Assembly (NCBI GenBank): GCA_042584825.1
Contig: JBHOSK010000001.1
Coordinates: 78,393 to 142,392, forward strand
Reading direction: 5' to 3'
DNA from: Candidatus Aenigmatarchaeota archaeon
GTDB taxonomy: Archaea; Aenigmatarchaeota; Aenigmatarchaeia; GW2011-AR5
DNA: 64,000 bases
Position 1 is the first letter of the stretch. Each line of letters opens with the position of its first letter. Shown piece after piece: positions 35,573-44,707 of this stretch. The position numbers and the translations under genes were made by a program. Under the pieces are notes generated by a model, which made no database searches, was not told the DNA's origin, and saw only the letters and a list, made by a program, of their open reading frames with translations.

Positions 35573-35942
35573 ATTTCTTCAACACTTCTAGATATTTTGT
35601 CTGTGCACTTTTTATAGTACCAGTCACTCCTAAGATTTTTACAATTATTTTTGTTTCTCCTATGTATTGTATAAGCGACAGTACAGCTCTTAGTTCTTCT
35701 ATATAATTATGATCAACCTTTATAACTCCACGCTTAGTTTCTGCAACATATAAATTTTTTATCAAAAACACTTTAGCTTCTGATGATTTTAAATCACCCA
35801 AAAATCCTAATAATGTGTTCCAAACCGCAGAAGAAAAGTCAGAATATTCTATTTTTTCATCTGATAATATTTCAAATACAACATATCTTTTCTTTCCCCT
35901 TAAACTTTGGGGCAATATCTTAGGTCTTGATTCTTCTGCCAT
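35565..35942 (-). CDS. RNase P protein component Pop5 (Rpp14)
   Basis: LRGKKRYVVFEILSDEKI start, ~125 aa, directly downstream of the Rpp30-like gene. Confidence 0.65.
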   Translation of the reverse strand: MAEESRPKILPQSLRGKKRYVVFEILSDEKIEYSDFSSAVWNTLLGFLGDLKSSEAKVFLIKNLYVAETKRGVIKVDHNYIEELRAVLSLIQYIGETKIIVKILGVTGTIKSAQTKYLEVLKKYE

Positions 35943-35946
35943 ATTA

Positions 35947-36642
35947 TCAATCCTCTACTACCTTCACACCTTCCCATCTTTTGTTAGCCAACTTTTCCCT
36001 GTTTCTTTTAACAATATTTTCTGGTATTGTAGACGTCGAGCTTATCGATTTAGGTAAATCAAGTCCAAGCAAATGGGATATTGATGCTAATTCTCTTCCA
36101 GAACGTAATCCCCACCTTCTTATTGGAGATGAGGTTGTTACGACGTTTGCACCATATTTTTTACATAACTGAACGTTCTTTCTCATTAACATAAGTATCC
36201 TTGTTCTGAATGTTTTGTACGATTCAAGTATCTCACGAAAATTAACCTCTATTGCAACGTTATTGTCAGATGCAGCTTTCACACATATATGATCTAAACC
36301 AGAATCCCTTCTATTTAATTCAGGATGACATACAATATCAACCATTGAATTTTCACAGGCAGCACGGTTAACGTCATAATCACCACCATGTACCATTATT
36401 ACTTCTGCTTTCTTGCGCGCTTTATCAATCATTTTATTTAGCTCTTCCGGCGTCGCTGCTTTTATCATAACCGAATTCACTAGATCAAAATCATCTCTTT
36501 CAGGGACTTCCTCTTGATAAGGCCAATATCTTACTATGCCTAAACCACCCAGGCCAAGTCTTTTGGCCATTTCCACCATTTCTTCTATACTATCCTCTCC
36601 TATAGAGAAATTCGTATGTACATGTAAATCATAAAACGCCAT
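35947..36642 (-). CDS. RNase P protein component Rpp30 (PHP-like TIM barrel)
   Basis: MAFYDLHVHTNFS start, ~230 aa, adjacent to pop5. Confidence 0.7.
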   Translation of the reverse strand: MAFYDLHVHTNFSIGEDSIEEMVEMAKRLGLGGLGIVRYWPYQEEVPERDDFDLVNSVMIKAATPEELNKMIDKARKKAEVIMVHGGDYDVNRAACENSMVDIVCHPELNRRDSGLDHICVKAASDNNVAIEVNFREILESYKTFRTRILMLMRKNVQLCKKYGANVVTTSSPIRRWGLRSGRELASISHLLGLDLPKSISSTSTIPENIVKRNREKLANKRWEGVKVVED

Positions 36643-36688
36643 TATTATCCCTAATACAACTATTAATAAAACCTTTAAAAATAGGATT

Positions 36689-37102
36689 TTAAAGCCTAGA
36701 AATAAGTTCTTTCAAACTTTCATACCCAGTAGTATCATATTCATCGCTTAGAAATTCATCTTTTGTAACCCACCTGAATTCTTGTATATTTTCTTCGTTA
36801 GATGGATTTTTTGTTGTATCAACATTGGTGTGTTTTGGTTTGCACAGAAAAGTATTGCAAACAACCTGCTTTTTATCTACTATCCTGAAGAACCACCAGA
36901 CGCCCATCGGATTGATAATATCAACGTCAAGCCCGGTTTCTTCTTTTATTTCACGATGTAAGGTATCGTGCGGATTTTCACCATAAACTATTTTACCACC
37001 AGGCAAATCCCAGAAAGTTTTTCCTTTATACAAAGTTTTTATTAGAAGAAACTTATCCCCATCTTGAATAATAGCCTTAACAGCACTAAGAACATCTACC
37101 AT
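36689..37102 (-). CDS. NUDIX hydrolase
   Basis: Nudix box GGKIVYGENPHDTLHREIKEETGL. Confidence 0.85.
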   Translation of the reverse strand: MVDVLSAVKAIIQDGDKFLLIKTLYKGKTFWDLPGGKIVYGENPHDTLHREIKEETGLDVDIINPMGVWWFFRIVDKKQVVCNTFLCKPKHTNVDTTKNPSNEENIQEFRWVTKDEFLSDEYDTTGYESLKELISRL

Positions 37103-37127
37103 AAATAAGAATGAGTATTACATGCTT

Positions 37128-37763
37128 TTATTTCTTCAATTTTTTGTATTCCACATACGAATAAACAATAGTATACGCACTTGATAAAAGTATAGGCACA
37201 AGAAGCAACCATATTGCAATATCCATCAATATAATTCCAAATAAGGCAATAATACCAGAAACCCTGAATAAAACACCACCACGTTTGTGTGTTTTCTCCC
37301 ATACAACTTTACTGCTTAATGTCCATGGAGTTTTAATGCCAACAAACCAGTTCTGTTTTAATTTTCCTAATATGGACCCGATATAATAAAACAAAATACC
37401 AAAAGCAGGTACAATCATTTGTGTCATGTTGAATGTAACATTAATTGCCCATAACGTAGTCAGTATATGAAAATAAAAGAAAAATGCTATAATAACAAAC
37501 ATCAACCCCTCATAATATTTATCAAAAGTTTTGTAATTTTTCTTAAGCGGATCTATTCTTGGTAATAAAATGAAGAGTAACAGAATAAACACAGAAAACA
37601 CAGGCATCAGGAAGATGCCAAGATCTTTTGACATATATCCATCTACCTCACCGTCTGCATTCCAGTGTGACGGTATTTTTTCGGGCAGACTTGGATAAAC
37701 GTAGATACTAATAGCAAAAGCAATTATTATCAATGCTGCTGCTGGTATAACACTCTTCATCAT
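37128..37763 (-). CDS. SdpI/YhfL-family membrane protein (DUF1648 + SdpI)
   Basis: LPEKIPSHWNADGEVDGY motif after the first TM, plus 5-6 TM helices. Confidence 0.65.
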   Translation of the reverse strand: MMKSVIPAAALIIIAFAISIYVYPSLPEKIPSHWNADGEVDGYMSKDLGIFLMPVFSVFILLLFILLPRIDPLKKNYKTFDKYYEGLMFVIIAFFFYFHILTTLWAINVTFNMTQMIVPAFGILFYYIGSILGKLKQNWFVGIKTPWTLSSKVVWEKTHKRGGVLFRVSGIIALFGIILMDIAIWLLLVPILLSSAYTIVYSYVEYKKLKK

Positions 37764-37786
37764 AATTATTCTTTGAAATAACAGAA

Positions 37787-39010
37787 TTAATACTTTTTGC
37801 TAACCAAGAAGTCTTTCAAAGTTCTTCTTTTCAATATAATAGAATTCTTTTTGTATTCGTCAATGGGAATCGATAGTTTGCTTCCTATATGTTTGAGTGC
37901 ATCGCCCAATGTTTCAAATTTCATTGGTTTATTTTTCATCGCATTTCTTGCTGTCTCTCGTACAACCCAGACACCAAGAGGCACAACATACTTTTCACTT
38001 ATCTCTCTGAAAACAACAGCTCTTGCCTGTTTTTTTCTTTTATGTAAATATTCAACAACACCAAACCTAGCAGCATAGTAACCCCCACCCTGTTTGTCCG
38101 CGTACGTAGTACGCCCTTTGTATGGTTCGTATTCAGGAACAATTATTGGTTTTGCAAGATTTTGTGACCAAAAGCTTCTAGGTGACCAAGCTTCAAACCC
38201 TTCATATTCCCATTGATCAGGTGTAAGCAAAATAAGAAAATGATTTCCCAGATATTCTGATTCAAAAACAAGATAATCATTTATTATTTTATTTTTTTTC
38301 ACTTCGGTAATCATGTTTTTTGTTAAAATATCATCTGTTGCAGTTATTGACCAACGCGTGGGAACTATTTTCTTTTTATCATCCGCACCCAAAAGTCCCG
38401 ATGATAAAACAGTTGTTATTTTGTATACATCTTCACCAGCATCATAAAGCATTTTAGATTGTTCTGTTGTTTTCAATTCATCATTAACGATATTCTCAAC
38501 CTTTCTCTTTATAGAAATATTTTCAGTTACTCTTAGCTTTCGCAGCAAAGCCGAAGGACCCATTGGCTGGGTAACATCAGATAAACTTATTTTATACACC
38601 GGTTTCTTGGCGAAGCCCAGTTCTATATCTGTTGGCTTTTTGGCCAACGCAAGATCTTGTGTATCTGATACTATACGAGATCTAGAAAATATATTTTCTT
38701 TATGCTTACTACGTATTGTGAGTGAGCGCATTTCAATTATATTCATGTAATCTGTGCCAAACCACCCACTAGGACTATCTGTGATTTTTTTTTCTGTGGT
38801 TTCCGGGGAAATCGTTGCCATTGGACCAACAAACACATTTGGATATCCAAAACGACCAACAAACACAGAAGGTGACGGACCAAAAAAATCTTCACCTATT
38901 TCTGCAAAGCGGGGGGCTATTTTTATTTTCTCCAAAAGCGGGCATCTTTTCCAACCGCACAACATCTTAGAAGCTTTACACTTGATACACATTTCAGCAG
39001 GAACTTTCAT
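37787..39010 (-). CDS. Nre-family (NreA-like) DNA repair-associated protein
   Basis: N-terminal Cys cluster CIKCKASKMLCGWKRCPLL and ~400 aa conserved archaeal architecture (COG1602-like). Confidence 0.5.
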   Translation of the reverse strand: MKVPAEMCIKCKASKMLCGWKRCPLLEKIKIAPRFAEIGEDFFGPSPSVFVGRFGYPNVFVGPMATISPETTEKKITDSPSGWFGTDYMNIIEMRSLTIRSKHKENIFSRSRIVSDTQDLALAKKPTDIELGFAKKPVYKISLSDVTQPMGPSALLRKLRVTENISIKRKVENIVNDELKTTEQSKMLYDAGEDVYKITTVLSSGLLGADDKKKIVPTRWSITATDDILTKNMITEVKKNKIINDYLVFESEYLGNHFLILLTPDQWEYEGFEAWSPRSFWSQNLAKPIIVPEYEPYKGRTTYADKQGGGYYAARFGVVEYLHKRKKQARAVVFREISEKYVVPLGVWVVRETARNAMKNKPMKFETLGDALKHIGSKLSIPIDEYKKNSIILKRRTLKDFLVSKKY

Positions 39011-39061
39011 GAGAAAAATAACGATTAATTAGATAAAAAACTTGTCAGTGGGTGTGGAAAG

Positions 39062-39268
39062 TTAATTTCTCCTTACTTCAAGTTCCTTACCAACCTTGTG
39101 AATTTGAACTTCTGTTCGATTTCCAGCAATACCTGCTATATATCTAAATGGTCCTCCGTTGGCCATGCTACTATAGAATTCACTCCTATGAGTTGAAGGC
39201 AATTCATATCGACCAATATGTATTTGTCCTCCCCTTACCCGTATCGTACCTTTAGCAATAACTTTCAT
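39062..39268 (-). CDS. Orphan small protein, Arg-rich composition class
   Basis: 68-aa ORF with beta-strand-like pattern IRVRGGQIHIGRYEL...TEVQIHKVGKELEV. Confidence 0.35.
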   Translation of the reverse strand: MKVIAKGTIRVRGGQIHIGRYELPSTHRSEFYSSMANGGPFRYIAGIAGNRTEVQIHKVGKELEVRRN

Positions 39269-39304
39269 TCAATCACCAAATAGAATTAAATTAAAAGAAA
39301 AAAA

Positions 39305-39592
39305 TTACTTTTTCTTGGATTTTTTTTCTCTGGAAGCCCATTTTAGATCTTCATATTCGATCCAAGAGATTATCAATCCTAGGACTATCAGGACTATACC
39401 GAATATCCCTGCGAACACTGTTACAAATGCCCCGAATGTTGTGGGCATAGCAACACCAGATCTAAAGAAAAATTCATTCAGACCGTGATGTCCAAACAGT
39501 GGAGCTGCATACCAATATACTCCTATTAGGAATACGATAATTCCAACTATCAACTTAATTGCTGCATGCATTTTTTCACACCCGTTTACCAC
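39305..39592 (-). CDS. Small membrane protein (3 TM) with Lys-rich tail
   Basis: Hydrophobic helices, with a C-terminal SREKKSKKK. Confidence 0.4.
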   Translation of the reverse strand: MVNGCEKMHAAIKLIVGIIVFLIGVYWYAAPLFGHHGLNEFFFRSGVAMPTTFGAFVTVFAGIFGIVLIVLGLIISWIEYEDLKWASREKKSKKK

Positions 39593-39681
39593 TTAAAGAC
39601 ACTAAATAATGCCTTGTTTTTAAATATTTACCTTGTTTTAAAATATTTAAATCTATATGCACTAAAAGCATAGTGATAGTC

Positions 39682-40206
39682 ATGTCATTTAATCAAAGAT
39701 TGAAAAATACCTGGAGAACCAGTGGTATGCGGAAGGAAACAATCAGAACCTGGAGAAAACAAACCGTTGTTAAAAAAATAAGCAGACCAACAAGGATTGA
39801 TAGAGCTCATGCTTTGGGTTACAAAGCAAAACAAGGATTTTCTTTGATAAGGACAAGAATAAAGAAAGGAGGTCGTAAAAGACCCCACAGAACAAAAGGA
39901 CACAAACCTTCAAAATCAGGTCATGTATCATATACAACAAAACAAAGCCTACAGTCAATTGCCGAAAAAAGAGCTTCAAGAAAATTCCCAAATTTAGAAG
40001 TACTTAATTCTTATTATGCAGCTGAAGACGGGCAATACAAGTATTATGAAGTAATATTTTTAGATCCAAAGCATCCAACAATAATCAAGAATAAAGACAC
40101 AAAATGGATTACTCGTCAGACACGTCGTGTATATCGTGGTAAAACAAGTGCAGCCAAAAAATCACGAAATCTAGGACATCATCCAAAAAAGAGAAAGAAA
40201 TTCTAG
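39682..40206 (+). CDS. rpl15e: 50S ribosomal protein L15e
   Basis: RAHALGYKAKQGFSLIRTRIKKGGRKRPHRTKGHKPSKSG. Confidence 0.9.
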   Translation: MSFNQRLKNTWRTSGMRKETIRTWRKQTVVKKISRPTRIDRAHALGYKAKQGFSLIRTRIKKGGRKRPHRTKGHKPSKSGHVSYTTKQSLQSIAEKRASRKFPNLEVLNSYYAAEDGQYKYYEVIFLDPKHPTIIKNKDTKWITRQTRRVYRGKTSAAKKSRNLGHHPKKRKKF

Positions 40207-40292
40207 TGTTGATATAAGACATTTTTACTATTCCTATGATACTTTTAGGGTTAGTTAAAATCTTTAATAGGAATTTCTATAAAATACGATAT

Positions 40293-40664
40293 ATGGAACC
40301 ACAACAAATCAAAAAAGTAATGAGAAAATACGGAAAAGCTTGGGAAATGCAGGATACTAAACTCCTTCTTGAATGTTTCACAAAAAATGGAAAATATCAA
40401 GAAAGCCCATTAACAAGGCCTTATTGTGGGCATAAAGAAATAGAAAAATTCTGGAATAAAAACAGTCAAAATACAAAGAACATTAAATTCAAAACCAAGA
40501 GATGTACGATTTCTCAAGACAAAAAAACAGGATTTGTTGAGTGGGAATGTAAAAACATTTGGAAGGGTAAAAACCACCATATGGTTGGAATTATGATTCT
40601 AAAAATGAAAGGGAATAAAATTTCTTATCTGAATGAATATTGGAATTCTAAGACGTCGAAATAA
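40293..40664 (+). CDS. SnoaL/NTF2-like domain protein
   Basis: KKVMRKYGKAWEMQDTKLLLECFTKNGKYQESPL...GHKEIEKFW pattern. Start at ATG 40293. Confidence 0.5.
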   Translation: MEPQQIKKVMRKYGKAWEMQDTKLLLECFTKNGKYQESPLTRPYCGHKEIEKFWNKNSQNTKNIKFKTKRCTISQDKKTGFVEWECKNIWKGKNHHMVGIMILKMKGNKISYLNEYWNSKTSK

Positions 40665-40684
40665 GTACTATTGAGGTAAATGAA

Positions 40685-41284
40685 ATGATGCACAAAAAAA
40701 CACCAGAAATTGTTACACCAGAAGATTCAAAATCATATACTGGTGGACCTGTTGGTATTTCAGGACCCCCAGGAGCGGGTAAGACTATTATTGGAAAAAA
40801 GATTGCAAAGAAATTAGGCGTCGCTTTTTATGATCTTGATGAGATAATATCTAAAAAAGTAGGATTGAAAAATACCAAAGAAATAATTGAAAAGTACGGA
40901 CGCCCATATTTCTGGAAAAATGAACACGTTTGTATAAAAGAAATTTTCAAAAGAAAGAGTAAACCATATGTTCTTGCCTTTAGCGGTGGAGTTATTTGTC
41001 ATAGAAACACCACTCCTTTGAAAGAAAAAAATAAAACTTTAATAAAGAAAAATATTTTCCACATTTGTCTGATGCCATCGAGCAATTTAAAGGAGTCTGT
41101 GAGTATATTGTGGCCAAGACACGACGATGGTAAAAGAGCTGGTGTTAAGACTTCGAATCAATTACAATCATACCTGAAAACAAGAATGTCACAATATACA
41201 GAAGGTGTGGATAGAATAGTTTATACGTACTATGCTCCAATTGAAAAAGTCGTTCCTGCTGTTTTGGAAATATTGAAGAAGTAG
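40685..41284 (+). CDS. P-loop kinase, shikimate-kinase/AAA_33-like
   Basis: GISGPPGAGKTIIGKKIAKKLGVAFYDLDEIISKKVG resembles the AroK N-terminus. Confidence 0.5.
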   Translation: MMHKKTPEIVTPEDSKSYTGGPVGISGPPGAGKTIIGKKIAKKLGVAFYDLDEIISKKVGLKNTKEIIEKYGRPYFWKNEHVCIKEIFKRKSKPYVLAFSGGVICHRNTTPLKEKNKTLIKKNIFHICLMPSSNLKESVSILWPRHDDGKRAGVKTSNQLQSYLKTRMSQYTEGVDRIVYTYYAPIEKVVPAVLEILKK

Positions 41285-41767
41285 CTACCCTTCTCCCACT
41301 CCATCGTCAGGATCTTTTGGTTTGGTTAATTCCATTTTTAAATATTTTTTCCCCGCCATAGGTACATGAGCCCTACAGTTTTCTGGTTTTACATTTGCTC
41401 TTCGACGTGTTATAGAGTAACCCGTATGTTCCTCTATTTTACCAAATATGTAATCCGCGGTTTCCATGAATTCGTCACACGGCATGCTTCTTCTTGCGCG
41501 ATCAGGTTGTGATCCACCCCAGTGTCTATCTCCTGTGTATTCTGCTCTTATCGTTGTCAAAACTTGAAACGGTGTGGTATTTTCAACACGAATATTTCCT
41601 ATACCTATAGTCCTTAATTCTTCAGAACCGGCCAGAGTTTCGAGAAATGTATAAACTTCGTCAGGATTTAATTTTTGTTGACTTAAACACCCATCTGATA
41701 TTAGTTTAGCTTGTCTGTATTCTGAGGGCATTCTTGAAATAAACATATTACGCATCCACTTATTCAT
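41285..41767 (-). CDS. Orphan protein, Lys-poor/Arg-rich composition class
   Basis: 160-aa ORF from ATG 41767. Its stop codon directly abuts the stop of the convergent 40685-41284 gene (tag|cta). Confidence 0.45.
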   Translation of the reverse strand: MNKWMRNMFISRMPSEYRQAKLISDGCLSQQKLNPDEVYTFLETLAGSEELRTIGIGNIRVENTTPFQVLTTIRAEYTGDRHWGGSQPDRARRSMPCDEFMETADYIFGKIEEHTGYSITRRRANVKPENCRAHVPMAGKKYLKMELTKPKDPDDGVGEG

Positions 41768-41885
41768 ATTATTCACCTTTTCATCATTTACTATCACTAA
41801 GTAGTATTGAATACATATATAATTATCTCGTTGTTTTTTTATCAAAAGGAAATATTTAAATACATTAATTACAATATGATAAAAT

Positions 41886-42908
41886 ATGGTTGAAAAAAAT
41901 AAGGAGTATGATATTCCTTTAAAACTCCTCTCAATAAAGGACAGAAGAATAATAAAAGAACTATTCGATAATGCCAGAACCCCTTATTCTGTCGTTGCAA
42001 AAAAAGTAGGATTAAGCAAGGAAGTTGTGAACTACAGAATAAAAAAATTAATAGAAAGGGGAATAATAATCAGATTTAACACAGTTATTGATGTAAACAG
42101 GCTAGGATGGCAGATATATTTTATCAATATCCGATTAAGAAATATTAATAATATCATCGAAGAAAAAATAATTAAATCAATGATCGCCCATCCAAACGTA
42201 GCACAAGTTTTGAAATGCATGGGAAACAGTGACATTATATTGAAAGTTTTTGTCAAAGATTATCTTGATGCAAATAACATAATGAAAAATTTTGAAATAG
42301 AATTTAAACCCCATATCGATGAATATGAAATCAATCTAATTGAGAACGAATCTACAATACCACTACCTTTTTTTTATGAGCCATTCAAAATCAAAAAGCT
42401 CGTTGAAATACCCAAAAAAGACACAACACCTTTTTCTGCATCATCAACAGATCTACAGATACTAAAAAAAATATCACAAAATGCAAGATTACCAACATCA
42501 GAAATTGCAAAAGAAATGAATATGTCACGAGAACTTGTAAGACACCATTTAAAAAAACTTGAAAAAAACAAAATTATTTTAAAATACAGACCAAGCGCGT
42601 GGTCAGGAAGTAAAGCAATTGGATATAATTGGTATTTGGTAATGCTTAGATTAAATAAAATCAGCAAATTAACACACAAAAAATTACAATTCTATGCTAT
42701 AAACCACCCCAACATGACTTATTATTACAAATCAACAGGTCAGCACGATATACAATTTGAAATAAGATTAAAAACAAACGACGAACTAAATCAGGTGTTA
42801 ATGGATATAAGAAGCATACTGAAAAATGAACTCAAATCCATAGAATTGTCAATTATTTTAAAAGAATACAAATATACCTATTTTCCTGATTGTTTGTTGA
42901 ATTTTTAA
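41886..42908 (+). CDS. Tandem-duplicated Lrp/AsnC-family transcriptional regulator
   Basis: Two HTH_AsnC units (DRRIIKELFDNARTPYSVVAKKVGLSKEVVNYRIKKL; DLQILKKISQNARLPTSEIAKEMNMSRELVRHHLKKL), each followed by a RAM-like domain. Confidence 0.75.
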   Translation: MVEKNKEYDIPLKLLSIKDRRIIKELFDNARTPYSVVAKKVGLSKEVVNYRIKKLIERGIIIRFNTVIDVNRLGWQIYFINIRLRNINNIIEEKIIKSMIAHPNVAQVLKCMGNSDIILKVFVKDYLDANNIMKNFEIEFKPHIDEYEINLIENESTIPLPFFYEPFKIKKLVEIPKKDTTPFSASSTDLQILKKISQNARLPTSEIAKEMNMSRELVRHHLKKLEKNKIILKYRPSAWSGSKAIGYNWYLVMLRLNKISKLTHKKLQFYAINHPNMTYYYKSTGQHDIQFEIRLKTNDELNQVLMDIRSILKNELKSIELSIILKEYKYTYFPDCLLNF

Positions 42909-42953
42909 GATTTATTCCCATCAACACGGACGACATTTTAACGCGAGGAAAAG

Positions 42954-43709
42954 TTATCTAACGATTGCTTCGGTGAAGTCTATTGGATGTCCTCTATTAC
43001 CGTGTGGATAAAAAGTCAGTTTTCTTTGACTTCTTGATAAAGGCATATCACCAGTGAATTCAAGATCTCCAAAATGTGTTAAACCTGTTGGATCGTATTC
43101 TTCTGGTTTCTGAAATGAACCATGTTGAATTCTACCACCATCAGCAAAAAACAATAGATATGCTTGCGGGACAGTCATCGAATCTGTTGTATCGTACCTT
43201 GTATCGATATCATCAACAATATCACCCACAGCTTGTGGTAGCCCACTATCAACAGCTCTTGCAGCAAAAACCGTTTTAACAATTCTGGAAGGCCCAGTAA
43301 ATACCATACCAGCATCAATACCTTCTCCTCCTACAATTGGTAAATGTTCATTTTCTTCTGTTGGCTCTCTCAAAACCTGTTCACCGAATTCTTCTATATC
43401 TGTATGCATTTCATCTTGAGTTGGGTGCCTAAAGTGTATGATCATTTTTGCTAAAACTAATCCAGACCTATCTCTTTTTAATGAATATTGGCCGATTCCT
43501 CCTGGACCTGCGTGATAACTCCAACAATTAATAGCTTCTTTTGCGCTTTCTCCATAAACATCTTGAAGTCTTTGAAATTCTCCATTCCCTGGATATATAG
43601 CAACAGGAGCGAACATGTCAAGACCTTGTTCTGACCATGTTGATAATAACCCATAAGTAAATGTGCGTGAGTCAATTTCTCTCATTTCAATATGTACCAT
43701 ATAAATCAC
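42954..43709 (-). CDS. Orphan protein, acidic Lys-poor composition class
   Basis: 251-aa ORF. A tandemly duplicated TATA-containing 18-mer lies just upstream. Confidence 0.5.
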   Translation of the reverse strand: MIYMVHIEMREIDSRTFTYGLLSTWSEQGLDMFAPVAIYPGNGEFQRLQDVYGESAKEAINCWSYHAGPGGIGQYSLKRDRSGLVLAKMIIHFRHPTQDEMHTDIEEFGEQVLREPTEENEHLPIVGGEGIDAGMVFTGPSRIVKTVFAARAVDSGLPQAVGDIVDDIDTRYDTTDSMTVPQAYLLFFADGGRIQHGSFQKPEEYDPTGLTHFGDLEFTGDMPLSRSQRKLTFYPHGNRGHPIDFTEAIVR

Positions 43710-43728
43710 TAAGGGTATTTTTTACTGA

Positions 43729-43764
43729 CCCAATAAACTTTTTAAACCCAATAAACTTTTTAAA
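43729..43764. repeat. Perfect 2 x 18-bp tandem duplication (cccaataaactttttaaa) containing a TATA-like box
   Basis: 43729-43746 and 43747-43764 are identical. The reverse complement reads TTTAAAAAGTTTATTGGG, ~30 nt upstream of the 42954-43709 start. Confidence 0.85.
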
Positions 43765-43842
43765 ATAGCCCACCATCAGCACGTAAAGCCCAATTGAGGC
43801 TTACACCAAAACCTTTATTTTCTGTCCAGATGAGTTATTTTC

Positions 43843-44148
43843 ATGGCTTATGAACTTCTGATCACAATTGCTGCAGGATTTGCCGGTGGTGTGCTAAGAG
43901 CCGCCATAGGGACGTTAAAGTGGCAAATTCGCACAAATACACGAAAAAAGAAGTTCTCTCCATGGTACTTTTTGGCCACATTTCTTCTAGCAGGCCTTAT
44001 GGGGCTTGTAGCAGGCTTATACATCATGAATGACCCACGATTCGCCATACTAGCAGGCTATGCAGGCACGGATTTCATTGACGGTGTCTATAAAATGAGG
44101 ATGAAACGACACCGGGAAGGATATTATAGGTCAACAAAACCAAAATAA
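43843..44148 (+). CDS. Small membrane protein (2-3 TM)
   Basis: Gly/Ala-rich hydrophobic helices and a basic C-terminus. Confidence 0.4.
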   Translation: MAYELLITIAAGFAGGVLRAAIGTLKWQIRTNTRKKKFSPWYFLATFLLAGLMGLVAGLYIMNDPRFAILAGYAGTDFIDGVYKMRMKRHREGYYRSTKPK

Positions 44149-44245
44149 AACTTATCTATAAATAAGTTTGTATTAATAGACAAGACTAACATACAGAAAG
44201 GCAACAATAACAATTTTTCTATATGTTCAACAAGGAGGTAAAAGC

Positions 44246-44443
44246 ATGAGTAGATTCGAAGACAGAGGTCATGGAGACAGAGGCCACGGTCACAGCGGTG
44301 GCGGTGGATTCAATAGAGGACCTCGTGAAATGCATAAAGCAACCTGTTCAGAATGTAATCAAGAATGTGAAGTTCCATTCAAACCAACAGACGGCAGGCC
44401 AATTTATTGTAGAGAATGTTTCAAGAAGAAAAGAAAATTCTAA
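44246..44443 (+). CDS. CxxC-x17-CxxC zinc-ribbon protein with Gly/His/Arg-rich N-terminus
   Basis: CSECNQECEVPFKPTDGRPIYCRECF. A strong SD-like aaggaggt lies 7 nt upstream. Confidence 0.5.
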   Translation: MSRFEDRGHGDRGHGHSGGGGFNRGPREMHKATCSECNQECEVPFKPTDGRPIYCRECFKKKRKF

Positions 44444-44489
44444 TTTTCTTGTAAACTTGAGTATTCTAAAAGTACTAAATTTTTATTTT

Positions 44490-44687
44490 TTACCTTTCAT
44501 TTTCAACTGTTTGTTTATGTCTGTACAATATTTCTCCAGTATCTGGATTAATAAATTCTTCAAATGGATATGTACTAGGTCCACCAGTATCGCAGCTTGG
44601 TCTATGATATGTTCCCAATACCCAACCCTTTCTAGTATCTTGCTGTAACAAAACAGCGGTACGCATTTCATCAAAATGTAAAACCAT
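44490..44687 (-). CDS. Orphan small protein, Lys-poor composition class
   Basis: 65-aa ORF. No family recognised. Confidence 0.3.
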   Translation of the reverse strand: MVLHFDEMRTAVLLQQDTRKGWVLGTYHRPSCDTGGPSTYPFEEFINPDTGEILYRHKQTVENER

Positions 44688-44707
44688 AGTAACTTATTCC
44701 ACTACAC

